IMG/VR virus record: IMGVR_UViG_3300032227_000993
DNA from: a virus
Lineage: Duplodnaviria; Caudoviricetes
Length of the DNA stretch: 64,000 nucleotides
Direction: 5' to 3' (one strand)
Part shown: one piece after another, positions 36,124 to 46,981 of the stretch
How the letters are laid out: each line of letters starts with the position of its first letter
Position numbering within the stretch: position 1 is the stretch's first letter
Made by a program: the position numbers and the translations under genes
Notes under the pieces: generated by a model
Databases searched by the model: none
Told to the model about the DNA's origin: nothing
Seen by the model: the letters and a program-made list of their open reading frames with translations, nothing else

Positions 36124-36894
36124 CTAGTGTAAGTTTTTCCATTGTGCTTCAGTGTACACTTTCATGTATCCGTTGCTTACATCTTTAGAATTTGCCCCTA
36201 CTTTGTAGTGACTAATAATTAAGTTAGGAGTATTATCGGCATAGTTTGATTGGATAGCTTGTTGGCTGTGATTCCATGCTTTTTGAACCCATGTATCATC
36301 CTTTAATTCGGCTATTTCCTTACCATCTATTCCGCGATGTATTTCCAAGCGTATGTTGTGTACTTCACCGTCGATAAAATCACAAGTGGCAATATAGTTG
36401 GCATGATAGTGTTCAAACCGATCAAACCAGCAGGCATCGCCGCCGTGCTCTAAAATAAACTGCTTGACATAATGGCCACCACCACCGACATTTAATCTCA
36501 ATCCTGAATTAGGTCTATTAATAAAAGTACCTATATGTGTGTAGCGGGTGCCAGCAGGTAGTTGGGGTAGTGAGTGTGGAGTTAATCCGCTTATTGCCCA
36601 CATAGTTTCTAGAGTAGTATCAAATGTACTAGGATATCCCAGTGCTTTAAAAATAGCCGGAGTACTTAACTGATTGTTTGTAACCTGATCTAAGTCGTAT
36701 TCTAGTATTACATCGCGGGTATCTATATTGATTAATTTAGTAACCAACTCTCTTGCGTATTCAGGAACAGTTAGTAAAGTTTCTGTATTAGCCAAAGCAA
36801 AATAACCCACAGCTTCAAGCGCACTATTCTTATTGTATTCGTATCCTGTTACTGGTGGTTGAGGCGGTAATGTATAAAAATAATCACAGCTCAT
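36124..36894 (-). CDS. Hypothetical protein
   Basis: Start moved to MSCDY, just after the upstream stop. Confidence 0.7.
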   Translation of the reverse strand: MSCDYFYTLPPQPPVTGYEYNKNSALEAVGYFALANTETLLTVPEYARELVTKLINIDTRDVILEYDLDQVTNNQLSTPAIFKALGYPSTFDTTLETMWAISGLTPHSLPQLPAGTRYTHIGTFINRPNSGLRLNVGGGGHYVKQFILEHGGDACWFDRFEHYHANYIATCDFIDGEVHNIRLEIHRGIDGKEIAELKDDTWVQKAWNHSQQAIQSNYADNTPNLIISHYKVGANSKDVSNGYMKVYTEAQWKNLH

Positions 36895-36895
36895 A

Positions 36896-37804
36896 TTAGC
36901 CAGCTGAATAGTAAGCCATACCAGCTCCGGTACTGGATGCGTCGCCTGTGATTGTGTAACTAGACGCAGCAATAGCATAGTTAGCACTAGGGTCTTTTAT
37001 TTCGTTAGTAAATGTGTATCCTAGAGAACTGCCTGGATCAAAAGCAATGTCCCCAGCGTTGACCACAGGTGCTATTTTGAAATAACTACCTGTTATTGGT
37101 GGCAGGAATGAAGCAATATTAGGTGGAGTAAATGTTGAAGTGTAAACAGCATTGCCTACAGTATATCGAGTATTACGAGTTTTGCCTGTATAGTTGTATA
37201 TACTATTGCCGCTGTCGTATCTACTAAAGGCCTGAACGCCATACATACCTATGGTAGCTCCGGTGGCAGAAGGATTAGTAATACTAGCAGAAAAAGAAGT
37301 AGTGTATGAAAGTGTTCCGTTGACCCATAAGTTAAGTGTGCCAGACGAGCGAGTTACTGCCAAATGGTTCCAGGTATTTTGTAGAATAAAGTTACTGTTA
37401 AGCGGATCAGCTGTGCCAGTGTTAACAACTGTGCCGTAGGCACCAGTGGTGCCTTTCATACTGGCTACCAACTGCCAATGTACTCCGTCCGTGCCGTAGG
37501 TAGCACTATTGTTTAGTAATCCTAACCCTAAGTCAGCATCAAAAATAGTATTGTTGCCACCCAAGGTCCAAATGCCTGTTAACTGTTGGGAGCCAGTAAA
37601 GTACGCCCAAGATTCAATACAAAAGTCACCTACACCAGGATACCAGGATGCCCAGGTGGTATTAGTAGTACTGCTATTGCTACCGGACATATACAAACTA
37701 CAACCTGGATTGGTAAATGGTTGGCTATTGTCCACCGACATCATCCATAATGCCGGAGGCGGATTAAACCCCTGTACATCAGAAAAGCTAGGACTAATAA
37801 GCAT
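36896..37804 (-). CDS. LamG/concanavalin-A-like lectin domain protein (tail-associated)
   Basis: DFCIESW, NTWNHLAVTRSSGTLNLWVNG, RYTVGNAVYTSTFTPP. Confidence 0.8.
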   Translation of the reverse strand: MLISPSFSDVQGFNPPPALWMMSVDNSQPFTNPGCSLYMSGSNSSTTNTTWASWYPGVGDFCIESWAYFTGSQQLTGIWTLGGNNTIFDADLGLGLLNNSATYGTDGVHWQLVASMKGTTGAYGTVVNTGTADPLNSNFILQNTWNHLAVTRSSGTLNLWVNGTLSYTTSFSASITNPSATGATIGMYGVQAFSRYDSGNSIYNYTGKTRNTRYTVGNAVYTSTFTPPNIASFLPPITGSYFKIAPVVNAGDIAFDPGSSLGYTFTNEIKDPSANYAIAASSYTITGDASSTGAGMAYYSAG

Positions 37805-40800
37805 TATGTGTAATCCGTTGATGAACCTAACACCAACAAGTTACCACCATTGTTTAATATTGAGTAACTCAATGTATTAATAAATCCTGCGATGATTGGA
37901 GGCTGTACACCGTTGGTCCAACGTACTGCGGTATTGGCACCGTTGATCTGGAATGCATCGTATGGTGTGTACAACGGAGTGCTTGCGCCACCTGGATCCA
38001 ACAACAATGTTACCACAGCAACAGCTGAGTTAGAAATAGTCAAGTTAGCCAAGTTAACACCCCAGTTGGCTGTAGCGGCAGAAATATCTACATAAAAAAT
38101 TTGTGAACTTGTGCAATCATAACTGTTGACGGCATTACTTGTTACTGTAGAAGTAGCAAATGTAGTTACGGCGCTGGTTACAGGATTGTAAGTAAACTCT
38201 TTGGTGGTGGTGTTGTAGAACAACTGATTAGTAGTATTACCTGAATCGCTGCGAACATTATTAAAGAATACACTGGCATTACTAAATGTTGCCGCAGTAG
38301 AGTTAGCCACGGACATAGTGATGTTGCCATCACTACTAGAAATACTTACATTACTTGTACCGTTGCTGATAGAGTTAGCTGAACCGCCACCGCCTGCGCC
38401 GTATGTCAACTCTTTTGTAGTAGTGTTGTAGTAAACAGCGTTGGTTACGTTACCTGTATCGTTACGTACTGGCGCCGCATAGAAGCCGGAATTACTGGCA
38501 TTAACAGCGGTACCTGAACCGTTGAGGATAATGCTGTTGGCTACTTGTGTAGTTTGCCCTGCAAAACGACCAATAGCAATACTATTAATACCTTGGACGT
38601 TGGCGCCAGCACTAGTTCCAATAGCAACAGCGTTAGCACCTTGTGTGGTTAGGCCGGCTCCAGTACCAATAGCAACAGCAGAATTACCCTGAGTATTTCC
38701 TGCGGCGCTAGCTCCGATAGCAATACTTTGTGTGCCCTGTGCCCCAGCTGTGCCACAGGCTTGATAACCGATGGCAATGGCACCAGAGCCCGATCCAAAG
38801 TAACTAGTCTGGTAACCCATAGCAATAGCACCTGTGCCTGACCCACTAAAGGCAGCACTATCACCAATACTGATAGCTCTAGTTCCCGACGCTGTTCTAG
38901 CCGCGGTTGTTCCGATTGCTACTGCGCCTAACCCTTGGCTAGTTGCTCCAGCAAGTTGTCCAATAGCAATGGCAGTATTACCTTGACTGGTTCCAGCTGC
39001 ACCAAATCCAATTGCTACAGCATTTTGACCTTGTGTCCCTGCGCCAGCGTTTGCTCCAATAGCAACCGACTGTAGTCCTTGTGTTGTTGCTCCGGCATTG
39101 TAACCCATAGCCACTGCTTGTGTGCCTTGGGCTGCATTACCAGCAAGTGCTCCTACGGCCACAGCTCCTGAAGCTTGTGTGTTACCGCCAGCATTGGTTC
39201 CGATAGCAATACCGTTTTGAGCTTGTGAAGCGTAACCAGCATTAAAGCCCAAGGCAACTGTGTAAAGGCCTTGTGTTATTGCTCCAGCATTGTAACCTAC
39301 AGCAACAGCGTTGGCACTTTGTGTAGTGGTACCTGCTTGGAAACCAATAGCCACAGCAGTAGTGCCTTGTGTGTTACCGCCAGCTAAGTAACCAACAGCT
39401 ATTCCAAAATTGCCTTGTGTACTATTCCCAGCGGAATAACCAATGGCAACAGCGGCGCCACCTTGCGTATTAGCGGCAGCCTCTCTACCAATGGCAATAC
39501 TATTAATTCCTTGAGTGTTGGCGCCAGCATTTAGACCGATAGCAACAGAGTTGCCTCCTTGTGATGAATTTCCTGCCAAGCGACCAATAGCAACTGCTTG
39601 AGTACCTTGACTTGTTAAACCTGCTTGCCAACCTATAGCAATACTGCTAGCACCTTGCGTAGTTGCGCCCGCACCTTGACCAACAGCAACGCTTTGTGCG
39701 CCTTGTGTTGTAAGACCGGCTTGCCAACCAATACCAACAGCACCAGAGCCTTGACTGCTATTACCTGCCAGATAGCCAATGGCAATAGCCTGAGTACCTT
39801 GTGTATTGGCGCCAGCTTCGCGACCAATAGCAATGGCATTAACACTTTGAGAATTAGAAGCTGCCTGGAAGCCGATAGTAACAGTAGTATTTGATAAATT
39901 AAATGATTGTGTGCCAGTAATACCCATTGTAATGTTAGCATTTGCGGCGACCGTTACATTACTTGTACCGTTGGTTAAACTTGTTGGAGTTCCAGCCAAG
40001 CCAGTGAGTAGTGCTCCGTTACCAATAAAATAGTTGCCACTGATATTACCAGTGGCACTTACCAGACCAACCGCAGAAATATTGCCGCCTGTGACATTGC
40101 CTGTGGCACTTACTAGTCCACCGGTTCGAACATTGCCTCCTGTAACATTGCCTGTGGCACTTACCAAGCCAGCAGTAGTGATGTTACCTGAGATAACATT
40201 ACCTGTAGCACTTACTAATCCAGTGACAGTCAACCCTGTGTTGGCAAATACACCAACAATATTAGCAGTAGAGCCGCCACCAGCAATAACTTTGACTTCT
40301 TTGCCACTAGTGCCAGCACCAAGAATTAAGTTACCACCGTTGTCGCCTGCGCCATTGCCAAATGTGTACAAGTAAGCATCGTTGGCTCGGACACTGGTAC
40401 CAAGCGCATTAGCTGATAAGCCATCGTAGGTTGATGACGCAATACCCAAGTCAACATAATATGTTGTGTTGGTACCATTATCAGCAGTGGCCACGTAGTC
40501 TGCACTTGCGCCAGATCCAGAGTTGATATTCTGGAAGTTTAACTGTGCGTAATCAGGATAGTTAGCACTAAATTGTGTTACTGTAGCTGGCAAGTTGGCA
40601 AAGCCGCTTGAGATACCTGCGTATAGTGCGCCAAATCCAAACGAGTCGCCAAAGAAGCTACCTTGATTACCTGTGATTTGATTAATGTTGCCTGGTAGTG
40701 TTACATTGCCTGTGACTACCAAGTTACCAATAGTAGCGTTACCCGACACACCTAGGGTAGCACTATTAACAGCACCACTAACAGCCAGGGCTGATAAGTT

Positions 40801-43800
40801 GCCTAAACTGGTAATATTAGGTTGTGCGTTGGTGGTTAGTGTGCCGCCAATCGCGCCCGAGTAAGTTGGCAAGTAAGCGCCTACTTCGGTATTACCATAC
40901 ATACCGGTCAACTGACTACCGTTACCTAAGAAATATGATCCTGTTATATTACCAACAGCACTTAAATTGTTACTTACGGTCCAAGTATCAGTGGCACTGG
41001 CCCAAGTAAATGTAGCATATTCAGCATTGGCTGGTCCAACTCCAAAACCAGCACCGTTGGCATAAATTGCCGCGTTGGCATTATTGGCCACGTTGAATAC
41101 CAAGTCATTGATAGAAACGTTGTTACTATCAACAGTAGTTGTTGTTCCTTGAACTACTAGGTTACCAGTGATGAGAGCATTACCAGCTTGAATATTACCT
41201 GTGTAGGTTGGCAAGTAAGCTCCTACCTGTGTATTGCCATACATACCTGTAAGATTACTACCGTCACCAGTAAAATATCCACCGATAACATTACCTATGA
41301 CGACAGCGTTAGCTTCAACGTTAATACTGCCACCAAAATAGCCATCAAGTAAAGAGCCAATACTTTCGTTTGCTATGATATTGTTAGCACTAATATCGCC
41401 AGCGGTTGTGAATCCAGCTGTGTCGTTGCCAGATGCTAGATAAAGAGAAACGTCAGCATTGCCATAATTAGCTGGCAGTCCTGTAATGTTACTACCATCA
41501 CCATACAAGTAACTACTGACTAAATTGCCAGTGGTTACAATATTGCTAGTGGTACCGCTTTCTAAGAACGTAGAAACATTAGAGTTAGTATATACTTGAC
41601 CTTGTAAGGTTGTTACATTACTGGCAACGTTGGCAACATTGCTATCTGTATTTGCTAAACTTGTAGTTAGATTAGCCACGTTACTATTTGTATTAGCAAC
41701 ATTGGCATTTGTATTTGCTAAACTTGTTGTCAAGTTAGCTACGTTACTGTTTGTATTTGCTAAGTTATTGTTTGTAGTAGATAGATTTGTAGTTAAGTTG
41801 GCTACGTTGCTGTTAGTGTTAGCAACGTTGGCATTTGTGCTGACAATGGCATTGCCCAAGGCCGCGCCTTGAATCTCAACGTTGGCCAAGTCGGCATTAG
41901 TGTTAGCTAAACTTAATGTTAAATTAGCTACATTACTATTTGTATTAGCAACATTGGCATTTGTATTTGCTAAACTTGTTGTCAAATTAGCTACATTACC
42001 GTTTGTATTTGCTACATTACTATTAATGCCAATAATAGTATTACTGGTTGGCAAATACGCTTCAACATTGGCATTGCCATATCCGCCAGCGGCAGTTACT
42101 ACGTTTTGAACAAAACTTGTGGTTGCTACCAAGTTTGAATTATCCGAATTACCTTGTGTAGTTGCTATTAAGTTACCAGTTACTGTTAGATTGGATATGT
42201 TACCCGAGTAGGTAGGCAAGTAAGCAGCAACATCAGCATTGCTATAGCCAGCAGGTAAGCCAGAGATAAACGCACCGTTACCTAATAAGTAAGCACCACT
42301 AATATTGGCAGTGGTTGTAATGTTACCAGTGGTACTGATTATGGCATTGGTGCCTGCGCCCAAGAATGATTGTGTATTAGCGTTAGTGTAAACTTGACCT
42401 TGTAAAGTGGTAACGTTACTGGCTATGTTGGCAACATTACTGTTGGTATTGCCTTGTGCGATTGCTAGATTGGCAACATTGCCGTTTGTGTTAGCTACAT
42501 TGGAATTGATGCCAATGATAATGTTACTTGTTGGCAAGTAAGCTTCTACGTTGGCATTACCATAGGAGGCTGGAAGTCCTGTTAGCTGACTACCGTTACC
42601 AATAAAATAGTTGCCGGTCACATTACCAGTGGCACTTACTAATCCAGCTGTTAAAATATTGCCAGCAGATATGGTATTGCCAACTGTAGCAGTTTGTGTA
42701 GCGGCATTGTATGTAAAGCCAATGTCCGATCCAGCATTGCCATTATTGTTATATATTACCCAAGTGTTACTACCAGGAACAACTAAGTTACCTGAGATAT
42801 TACCTTGGAAGTTACCGATAAAAGTTGTGGCTGTGACTGTGTTGCTAACATTTATGTTTGTAGCATAGATGTTGCCAGTGGTGTTGGCATTGCCAAGATA
42901 TGCTGATACGTTAGCATTAGCATAAACTTGTCCTTGTAGTGTTGTTACATTAGATGCTACATTAGATACATTAGAATCTGTGTTAGCTAAACTTGTTGTT
43001 AAATTTGCTACGTTACTATTTGTATTAGCTACATTTGCATTTGTATTAGCAAGAGCGTTGACTCCTTCTGTTGTTGAGATCTGCAACTGAGAAATACTGT
43101 TGGTATTATTTGCAGTAACTAGTGTTAAGTTAGCTAAGTTACTGTTAGTATTAGCTACGTTAGCATTGATAGCAATAATTGTATTACTAGATGGTAAGTA
43201 TGCTTCAACGTTAGCATTACCATATGCGCCATTAATATTAGCTGCATTAATATTTGATAATAATGATCCATTACCAATAAAATAGTTAGCAGTTACATTG
43301 CCGCCAGCAACTATGTTACCAGCGGTTGAAAATTGACCAGCAGTAAGATTACCTGTGTATGTAGTCAAATAATCTGCTACATTAGCATTGCCATAGTTAC
43401 TAGCACCGGCGGCAGTAGTTTGAACTGTGCCGTCAGCAAAGGTGATCCCAGCGCCAGGAGTAGCATTAGACACAACAACATTACCAGCAATAATATTGGC
43501 AGTGGTGGCAATGTTGGCTGTTTGTGGAGCAGCTGTGTTAGAACTCAACACAACAGGAACGTTGTTAACTAATAAATCGTTGTTTGCGGTTAAACTTACA
43601 GGAATTGAATTCAAATAAATTGTGTTGTTACTTACCCACAAGTCTTTCCATTGATTAGTACTGTTACCCAAACTTAATGTCACATTAGAAGCAGGAATAA
43701 CGTTAGTGGTTACCGCTGTTAAATTTACATTGCCAGTAGTAATGCCAGTGAGTTGGCTACCATTACCAAGTATGTAATTTCCAGTGATGTTACCTGTAGC

Positions 43801-43836
43801 TGATACGCCTAAAATTCCGTTTAAATTAATTGACAT
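37804..43836 (-). CDS. Giant tail fibre/adhesin (2010 aa)
   Basis: G/N/T/A-rich, Asn-rich heptad coiled coils, YGNxxVxxYL junction motifs, YadA-head-like repeat array. Confidence 0.85.
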   Translation of the reverse strand: MSINLNGILGVSATGNITGNYILGNGSQLTGITTGNVNLTAVTTNVIPASNVTLSLGNSTNQWKDLWVSNNTIYLNSIPVSLTANNDLLVNNVPVVLSSNTAAPQTANIATTANIIAGNVVVSNATPGAGITFADGTVQTTAAGASNYGNANVADYLTTYTGNLTAGQFSTAGNIVAGGNVTANYFIGNGSLLSNINAANINGAYGNANVEAYLPSSNTIIAINANVANTNSNLANLTLVTANNTNSISQLQISTTEGVNALANTNANVANTNSNVANLTTSLANTDSNVSNVASNVTTLQGQVYANANVSAYLGNANTTGNIYATNINVSNTVTATTFIGNFQGNISGNLVVPGSNTWVIYNNNGNAGSDIGFTYNAATQTATVGNTISAGNILTAGLVSATGNVTGNYFIGNGSQLTGLPASYGNANVEAYLPTSNIIIGINSNVANTNGNVANLAIAQGNTNSNVANIASNVTTLQGQVYTNANTQSFLGAGTNAIISTTGNITTTANISGAYLLGNGAFISGLPAGYSNADVAAYLPTYSGNISNLTVTGNLIATTQGNSDNSNLVATTSFVQNVVTAAGGYGNANVEAYLPTSNTIIGINSNVANTNGNVANLTTSLANTNANVANTNSNVANLTLSLANTNADLANVEIQGAALGNAIVSTNANVANTNSNVANLTTNLSTTNNNLANTNSNVANLTTSLANTNANVANTNSNVANLTTSLANTDSNVANVASNVTTLQGQVYTNSNVSTFLESGTTSNIVTTGNLVSSYLYGDGSNITGLPANYGNADVSLYLASGNDTAGFTTAGDISANNIIANESIGSLLDGYFGGSINVEANAVVIGNVIGGYFTGDGSNLTGMYGNTQVGAYLPTYTGNIQAGNALITGNLVVQGTTTTVDSNNVSINDLVFNVANNANAAIYANGAGFGVGPANAEYATFTWASATDTWTVSNNLSAVGNITGSYFLGNGSQLTGMYGNTEVGAYLPTYSGAIGGTLTTNAQPNITSLGNLSALAVSGAVNSATLGVSGNATIGNLVVTGNVTLPGNINQITGNQGSFFGDSFGFGALYAGISSGFANLPATVTQFSANYPDYAQLNFQNINSGSGASADYVATADNGTNTTYYVDLGIASSTYDGLSANALGTSVRANDAYLYTFGNGAGDNGGNLILGAGTSGKEVKVIAGGGSTANIVGVFANTGLTVTGLVSATGNVISGNITTAGLVSATGNVTGGNVRTGGLVSATGNVTGGNISAVGLVSATGNISGNYFIGNGALLTGLAGTPTSLTNGTSNVTVAANANITMGITGTQSFNLSNTTVTIGFQAASNSQSVNAIAIGREAGANTQGTQAIAIGYLAGNSSQGSGAVGIGWQAGLTTQGAQSVAVGQGAGATTQGASSIAIGWQAGLTSQGTQAVAIGRLAGNSSQGGNSVAIGLNAGANTQGINSIAIGREAAANTQGGAAVAIGYSAGNSTQGNFGIAVGYLAGGNTQGTTAVAIGFQAGTTTQSANAVAVGYNAGAITQGLYTVALGFNAGYASQAQNGIAIGTNAGGNTQASGAVAVGALAGNAAQGTQAVAMGYNAGATTQGLQSVAIGANAGAGTQGQNAVAIGFGAAGTSQGNTAIAIGQLAGATSQGLGAVAIGTTAARTASGTRAISIGDSAAFSGSGTGAIAMGYQTSYFGSGSGAIAIGYQACGTAGAQGTQSIAIGASAAGNTQGNSAVAIGTGAGLTTQGANAVAIGTSAGANVQGINSIAIGRFAGQTTQVANSIILNGSGTAVNASNSGFYAAPVRNDTGNVTNAVYYNTTTKELTYGAGGGGSANSISNGTSNVSISSSDGNITMSVANSTAATFSNASVFFNNVRSDSGNTTNQLFYNTTTKEFTYNPVTSAVTTFATSTVTSNAVNSYDCTSSQIFYVDISAATANWGVNLANLTISNSAVAVVTLLLDPGGASTPLYTPYDAFQINGANTAVRWTNGVQPPIIAGFINTLSYSILNNGGNLLVLGSSTDYT
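38551..39852 (-). repeat. 27 tandem ~16-aa beta-roll repeats
   Basis: Consensus (T/S)QGxxAVAIGxxAGxx counted by hand; 1302 nt = 27x16+2 aa. Confidence 0.9.
41600..42025 (-). repeat. 21-aa Asn-rich coiled-coil repeats
   Basis: ANTNANVANTNSNVANLTTSL repeated several times; boundaries approximate. Confidence 0.8.
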
Positions 43837-43861
43837 TGCTTTTCCTGTTATTATTATTTAT

Positions 43862-44536
43862 TTATACTATACCCCAGTTGCCGTTGAGTGAGTCAACGAC
43901 TATTCCGTCTGGAATTGTTATGGGTCCTGCGCTCAAAGCATTGTAGCCTGGAGGAATTGTGTAATTTGCTGTTACTGTGTTGGCATTAAGAAACAAGGCA
44001 TTTTGTGCCACTACTAAATTGGCATCCACAGTATTGGTTACTGTAACGTTGCCAGCAACATCAACTCCGGTGGCATTTACTACAACAACATTACTAGTGC
44101 CATCTATGCTTACTGTAACATTGGCGTTGGCACCGGCAATATCAACATTGCTTGTACCATTAAAAATCCTATTGCTTGATACATTAATACCGGTTAAAAA
44201 AGCACCGTTACCTACGAAATAATTGCCTGTGACATTACCAGTTACAGCAACATTAGCGCCATCAAATGTAAAGTTAGTGGAGCCGCCAAATACGCCGTTG
44301 CCAGCATTAAACTGGACTGTGTTTGCTGATCCACCAGGAACGCCATTGCCTGATCCACCGCCGCCAACCAATATGCCGCCAGGTGTAGTGCCATCACTGA
44401 CATAGATAGCATTAGTTACAGGATCATACCAAAGGCGCTGTTCTTGTCCTACATAACTGGCCGAGTTGGCATTGTTATCTCTACTGGTAAAGAATCTTTG
44501 TATTGCTACTGGATCATTTGGAATATTGGCAGACAT
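43862..44536 (-). CDS. Small tail-fibre-like protein
   Basis: N-terminal RLWYDP...IYVSDGTTPGG and Gly/Asn-rich repeats shared with the giant fibre. Confidence 0.7.
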   Translation of the reverse strand: MSANIPNDPVAIQRFFTSRDNNANSASYVGQEQRLWYDPVTNAIYVSDGTTPGGILVGGGGSGNGVPGGSANTVQFNAGNGVFGGSTNFTFDGANVAVTGNVTGNYFVGNGAFLTGINVSSNRIFNGTSNVDIAGANANVTVSIDGTSNVVVVNATGVDVAGNVTVTNTVDANLVVAQNALFLNANTVTANYTIPPGYNALSAGPITIPDGIVVDSLNGNWGIV

Positions 44537-44547
44537 AAGGCTTCTCC

Positions 44548-44925
44548 TTAGTCATCCAACGGTTCGTCGTTAGTGAGTTCTTGTATCACTGCTGGATTAA
44601 GACCAGCGGCTCTACGTAAGGCAACAATTTCATCCTCTTTGATTGGAGTATCTGGAATTTCTTGTTCAGCGCCATAAGCATCTAATTCAGCTGTATGATC
44701 ATAAACATTGTCAACATCCACTGCTCGCTTGAGCAGTTCAATTTTTAACTGCAGCGGTGGAATCATAAGGCCATGGGGCTGTTCAGCTTCACCGCTAGGA
44801 TTGTCTACTTGGCCAGCGGCCTCAGGTTCTACCACAACTGCGGCTGGCTGTGCCTGGGTGTCTTGTCCGGTGCCATGCTGTTCGATTGTGTCGGCCAATG
44901 CTCTCAATATTTCTTCAAATCTCAT
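44548..44925 (-). CDS. Hypothetical acidic protein
   Basis: 125-aa ORF, MRFEEIL N-terminus. Confidence 0.65.
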   Translation of the reverse strand: MRFEEILRALADTIEQHGTGQDTQAQPAAVVVEPEAAGQVDNPSGEAEQPHGLMIPPLQLKIELLKRAVDVDNVYDHTAELDAYGAEQEIPDTPIKEDEIVALRRAAGLNPAVIQELTNDEPLDD

Positions 44926-44926
44926 T

Positions 44927-45460
44927 TTATCTTATCCCTGCGGCTGATTGTAATGCCTTGATAGCATCGTCTTCTTCGTAAATTACCTTGGTAGGTAAAC
45001 CAGCGGCCACACGCATTTCATTCATTGCTTCGTCGTGTGTCTCACGGTATGCTTTTGGCGATAGCGGTACCAATCGCTCAAATTCCTCTTGTGTAAAAGG
45101 TACTTGTTTGCCTTCGTAAATCATGGTCCAATCTTGTGGCTCAAACTCTGTTAAGGTGTTTAAATCTTCTAACAACTGTTGAACGTGTGCTCCGGCTGTG
45201 CTACGACGGCGAATTTCGACATAGACTAAAAAACGATTGGGTTTTATTTCACCTGGACTTTTGTCAGCATCAACCACAAAATCATAACCTTTTTCAAACC
45301 AGTTCATTAGGTCTTTGGCCGCTTGTCCATCACGAACAAAAAAGCTCACTACAATGATATCATCATCTTCGCCCATTTTGCTGGTAAATTCATCCACGTG
45401 AATTTCTGGTTTGAGCAATCCTTCTAGATCTTTGTATTGTAAGGTTTCAAATACAAGCAT
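44927..45460 (-). CDS. Hypothetical protein
   Basis: 177-aa ORF in operon context. Confidence 0.75.
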   Translation of the reverse strand: MLVFETLQYKDLEGLLKPEIHVDEFTSKMGEDDDIIVVSFFVRDGQAAKDLMNWFEKGYDFVVDADKSPGEIKPNRFLVYVEIRRRSTAGAHVQQLLEDLNTLTEFEPQDWTMIYEGKQVPFTQEEFERLVPLSPKAYRETHDEAMNEMRVAAGLPTKVIYEEDDAIKALQSAAGIR

Positions 45461-45461
45461 A

Positions 45462-46061
45462 TTACATTCCTAACTTTTGTTCTGGTGCTGGCGCGGCATT
45501 GGTAGCCGGATCAGTAAGAGCATTGGCTCCTGGAGCTGCTGATGATTCAGTGTGACTATCATCATAGGCCGCATCTAAATCGCTTAGATCAACTTCTTGA
45601 TCTTCTAAATCAATACTGCCTGTACGAATGTCGCTCATCAAGCTCTTGGGCATAGAAATTTCAACCAACCAAATCTTCTTTTCAACAATGCGAGCTTTTT
45701 TAGTGCCCGGAATGTAATCAGATGGATCTTCAATTTTCATTGGGATTTTCATATTTGTGCGTTTGAATTTAACTTCACAATCAAACGGTAATAAACGAGT
45801 GCCGCCGCGAGGATCTGGCATTAGGTATTCTGGCCACATAAAAATGCAACTGACTTTGTATTTAGAAATAGTAGGACCCTGGACTAATTCACCAATGTCC
45901 CAATTTTTAAATGCGTAAACATCAAGCTGGTCTAGTACCCGCTCAAAATCAAGCAGAGTTAAAAGTGATCCCTCACTCATGTAGATGTTTTTGATGTTAT
46001 CACTAATCTGCCAGTAATCAGAATGATCTTTAAACAGTTCTTTATCGAAGTCTTTTGCCAT
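45462..46061 (-). CDS. Hypothetical protein
   Basis: Start moved to MAKDF, 7 nt after TAAATA. Confidence 0.75.
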   Translation of the reverse strand: MAKDFDKELFKDHSDYWQISDNIKNIYMSEGSLLTLLDFERVLDQLDVYAFKNWDIGELVQGPTISKYKVSCIFMWPEYLMPDPRGGTRLLPFDCEVKFKRTNMKIPMKIEDPSDYIPGTKKARIVEKKIWLVEISMPKSLMSDIRTGSIDLEDQEVDLSDLDAAYDDSHTESSAAPGANALTDPATNAAPAPEQKLGM

Positions 46062-46246
46062 GGTCAAGTATTTAGCCATATTAGCGCGATAGGGTTATTT
46101 TGATTTTTAGGGTATTACTGACACAGCTCTTTACTTAGCTGGTTAAAACAATAAATTACCGCCCATAAAACTTTATTTTTAACCCTGTAAATACTCTTGA
46201 CAGCACGAGGCTGTTGGAAGTAACTAACCCACTACACGGAGTATTA

Positions 46247-46981
46247 ATGAGTAGACATAAAGCAGTTAGTAAGACTCAAAAACGTCAAATGACAAATCAA
46301 GAAAACACAATACGCTTTGAAACAGCAAAACCAGTAAAACAGCGGCCCATTGATATTGTACCACGTACAAGGAATCAGGAACGCTTGGTATTGGCTCTGC
46401 AAGATAGTAGTCAGCATATTGTAGTGACAGCAGGACCAGCAGGAACCGGTAAAACTTATCTAGCAATGTTGGCTGCCGTACGAGCATTTAGAGCAGGAGA
46501 AGTAGACCGCATAGTACTAACACGCCCAGCGGTGGGTGTAGATGATGAGAAGCATGGCTTCTTACCAGGCGATTTAAACCAAAAGATGGATCCGTGGGTT
46601 CGCCCGCTAACAGACATACTGCGAGAGTATTATCGTCAGCAAGACATTGCTGCTATGATCGACGAGCAGAAAATTGAAATTGCGCCATTGGCATTTATGC
46701 GTGGCCGGACATTCAAAAACGCCTACATTATTGCTGACGAGATGCAAAATGCTACACCAGCACAATGTAAAATGCTAATGACCCGCATTGGGGAAAATAG
46801 TAAAATCGTCATCACTGGTGACGTGGAACAAACTGACCGTAACAAGGCTAACAATGGCCTGGCAGATTTATGCCAAAGATTGAAGGAAGGGGGTGTAAAA
46901 GGTATAGCAGTTTGCGATTTGGATAATCGCGACATACAGCGGCATAAGATTATTGATGCTGTGCTAGACCTTTACAGCTAG
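46247..46981 (+). CDS. phoH: PhoH-like ATPase
   Basis: GPAGTGKT, LTRP, GFLPG, RGRTF, DEMQN, ITGD..QTD; start moved to ATG at 46247 with GGAG SD. Confidence 0.95.
   Translation: MSRHKAVSKTQKRQMTNQENTIRFETAKPVKQRPIDIVPRTRNQERLVLALQDSSQHIVVTAGPAGTGKTYLAMLAAVRAFRAGEVDRIVLTRPAVGVDDEKHGFLPGDLNQKMDPWVRPLTDILREYYRQQDIAAMIDEQKIEIAPLAFMRGRTFKNAYIIADEMQNATPAQCKMLMTRIGENSKIVITGDVEQTDRNKANNGLADLCQRLKEGGVKGIAVCDLDNRDIQRHKIIDAVLDLYS

Noticed and set aside
38551-42025. Regular DNA repeats as a CRISPR array
   Set aside because: They are in-frame, degenerate coding repeats of the fibre with no fixed repeat and unique spacer pattern; no cas genes seen
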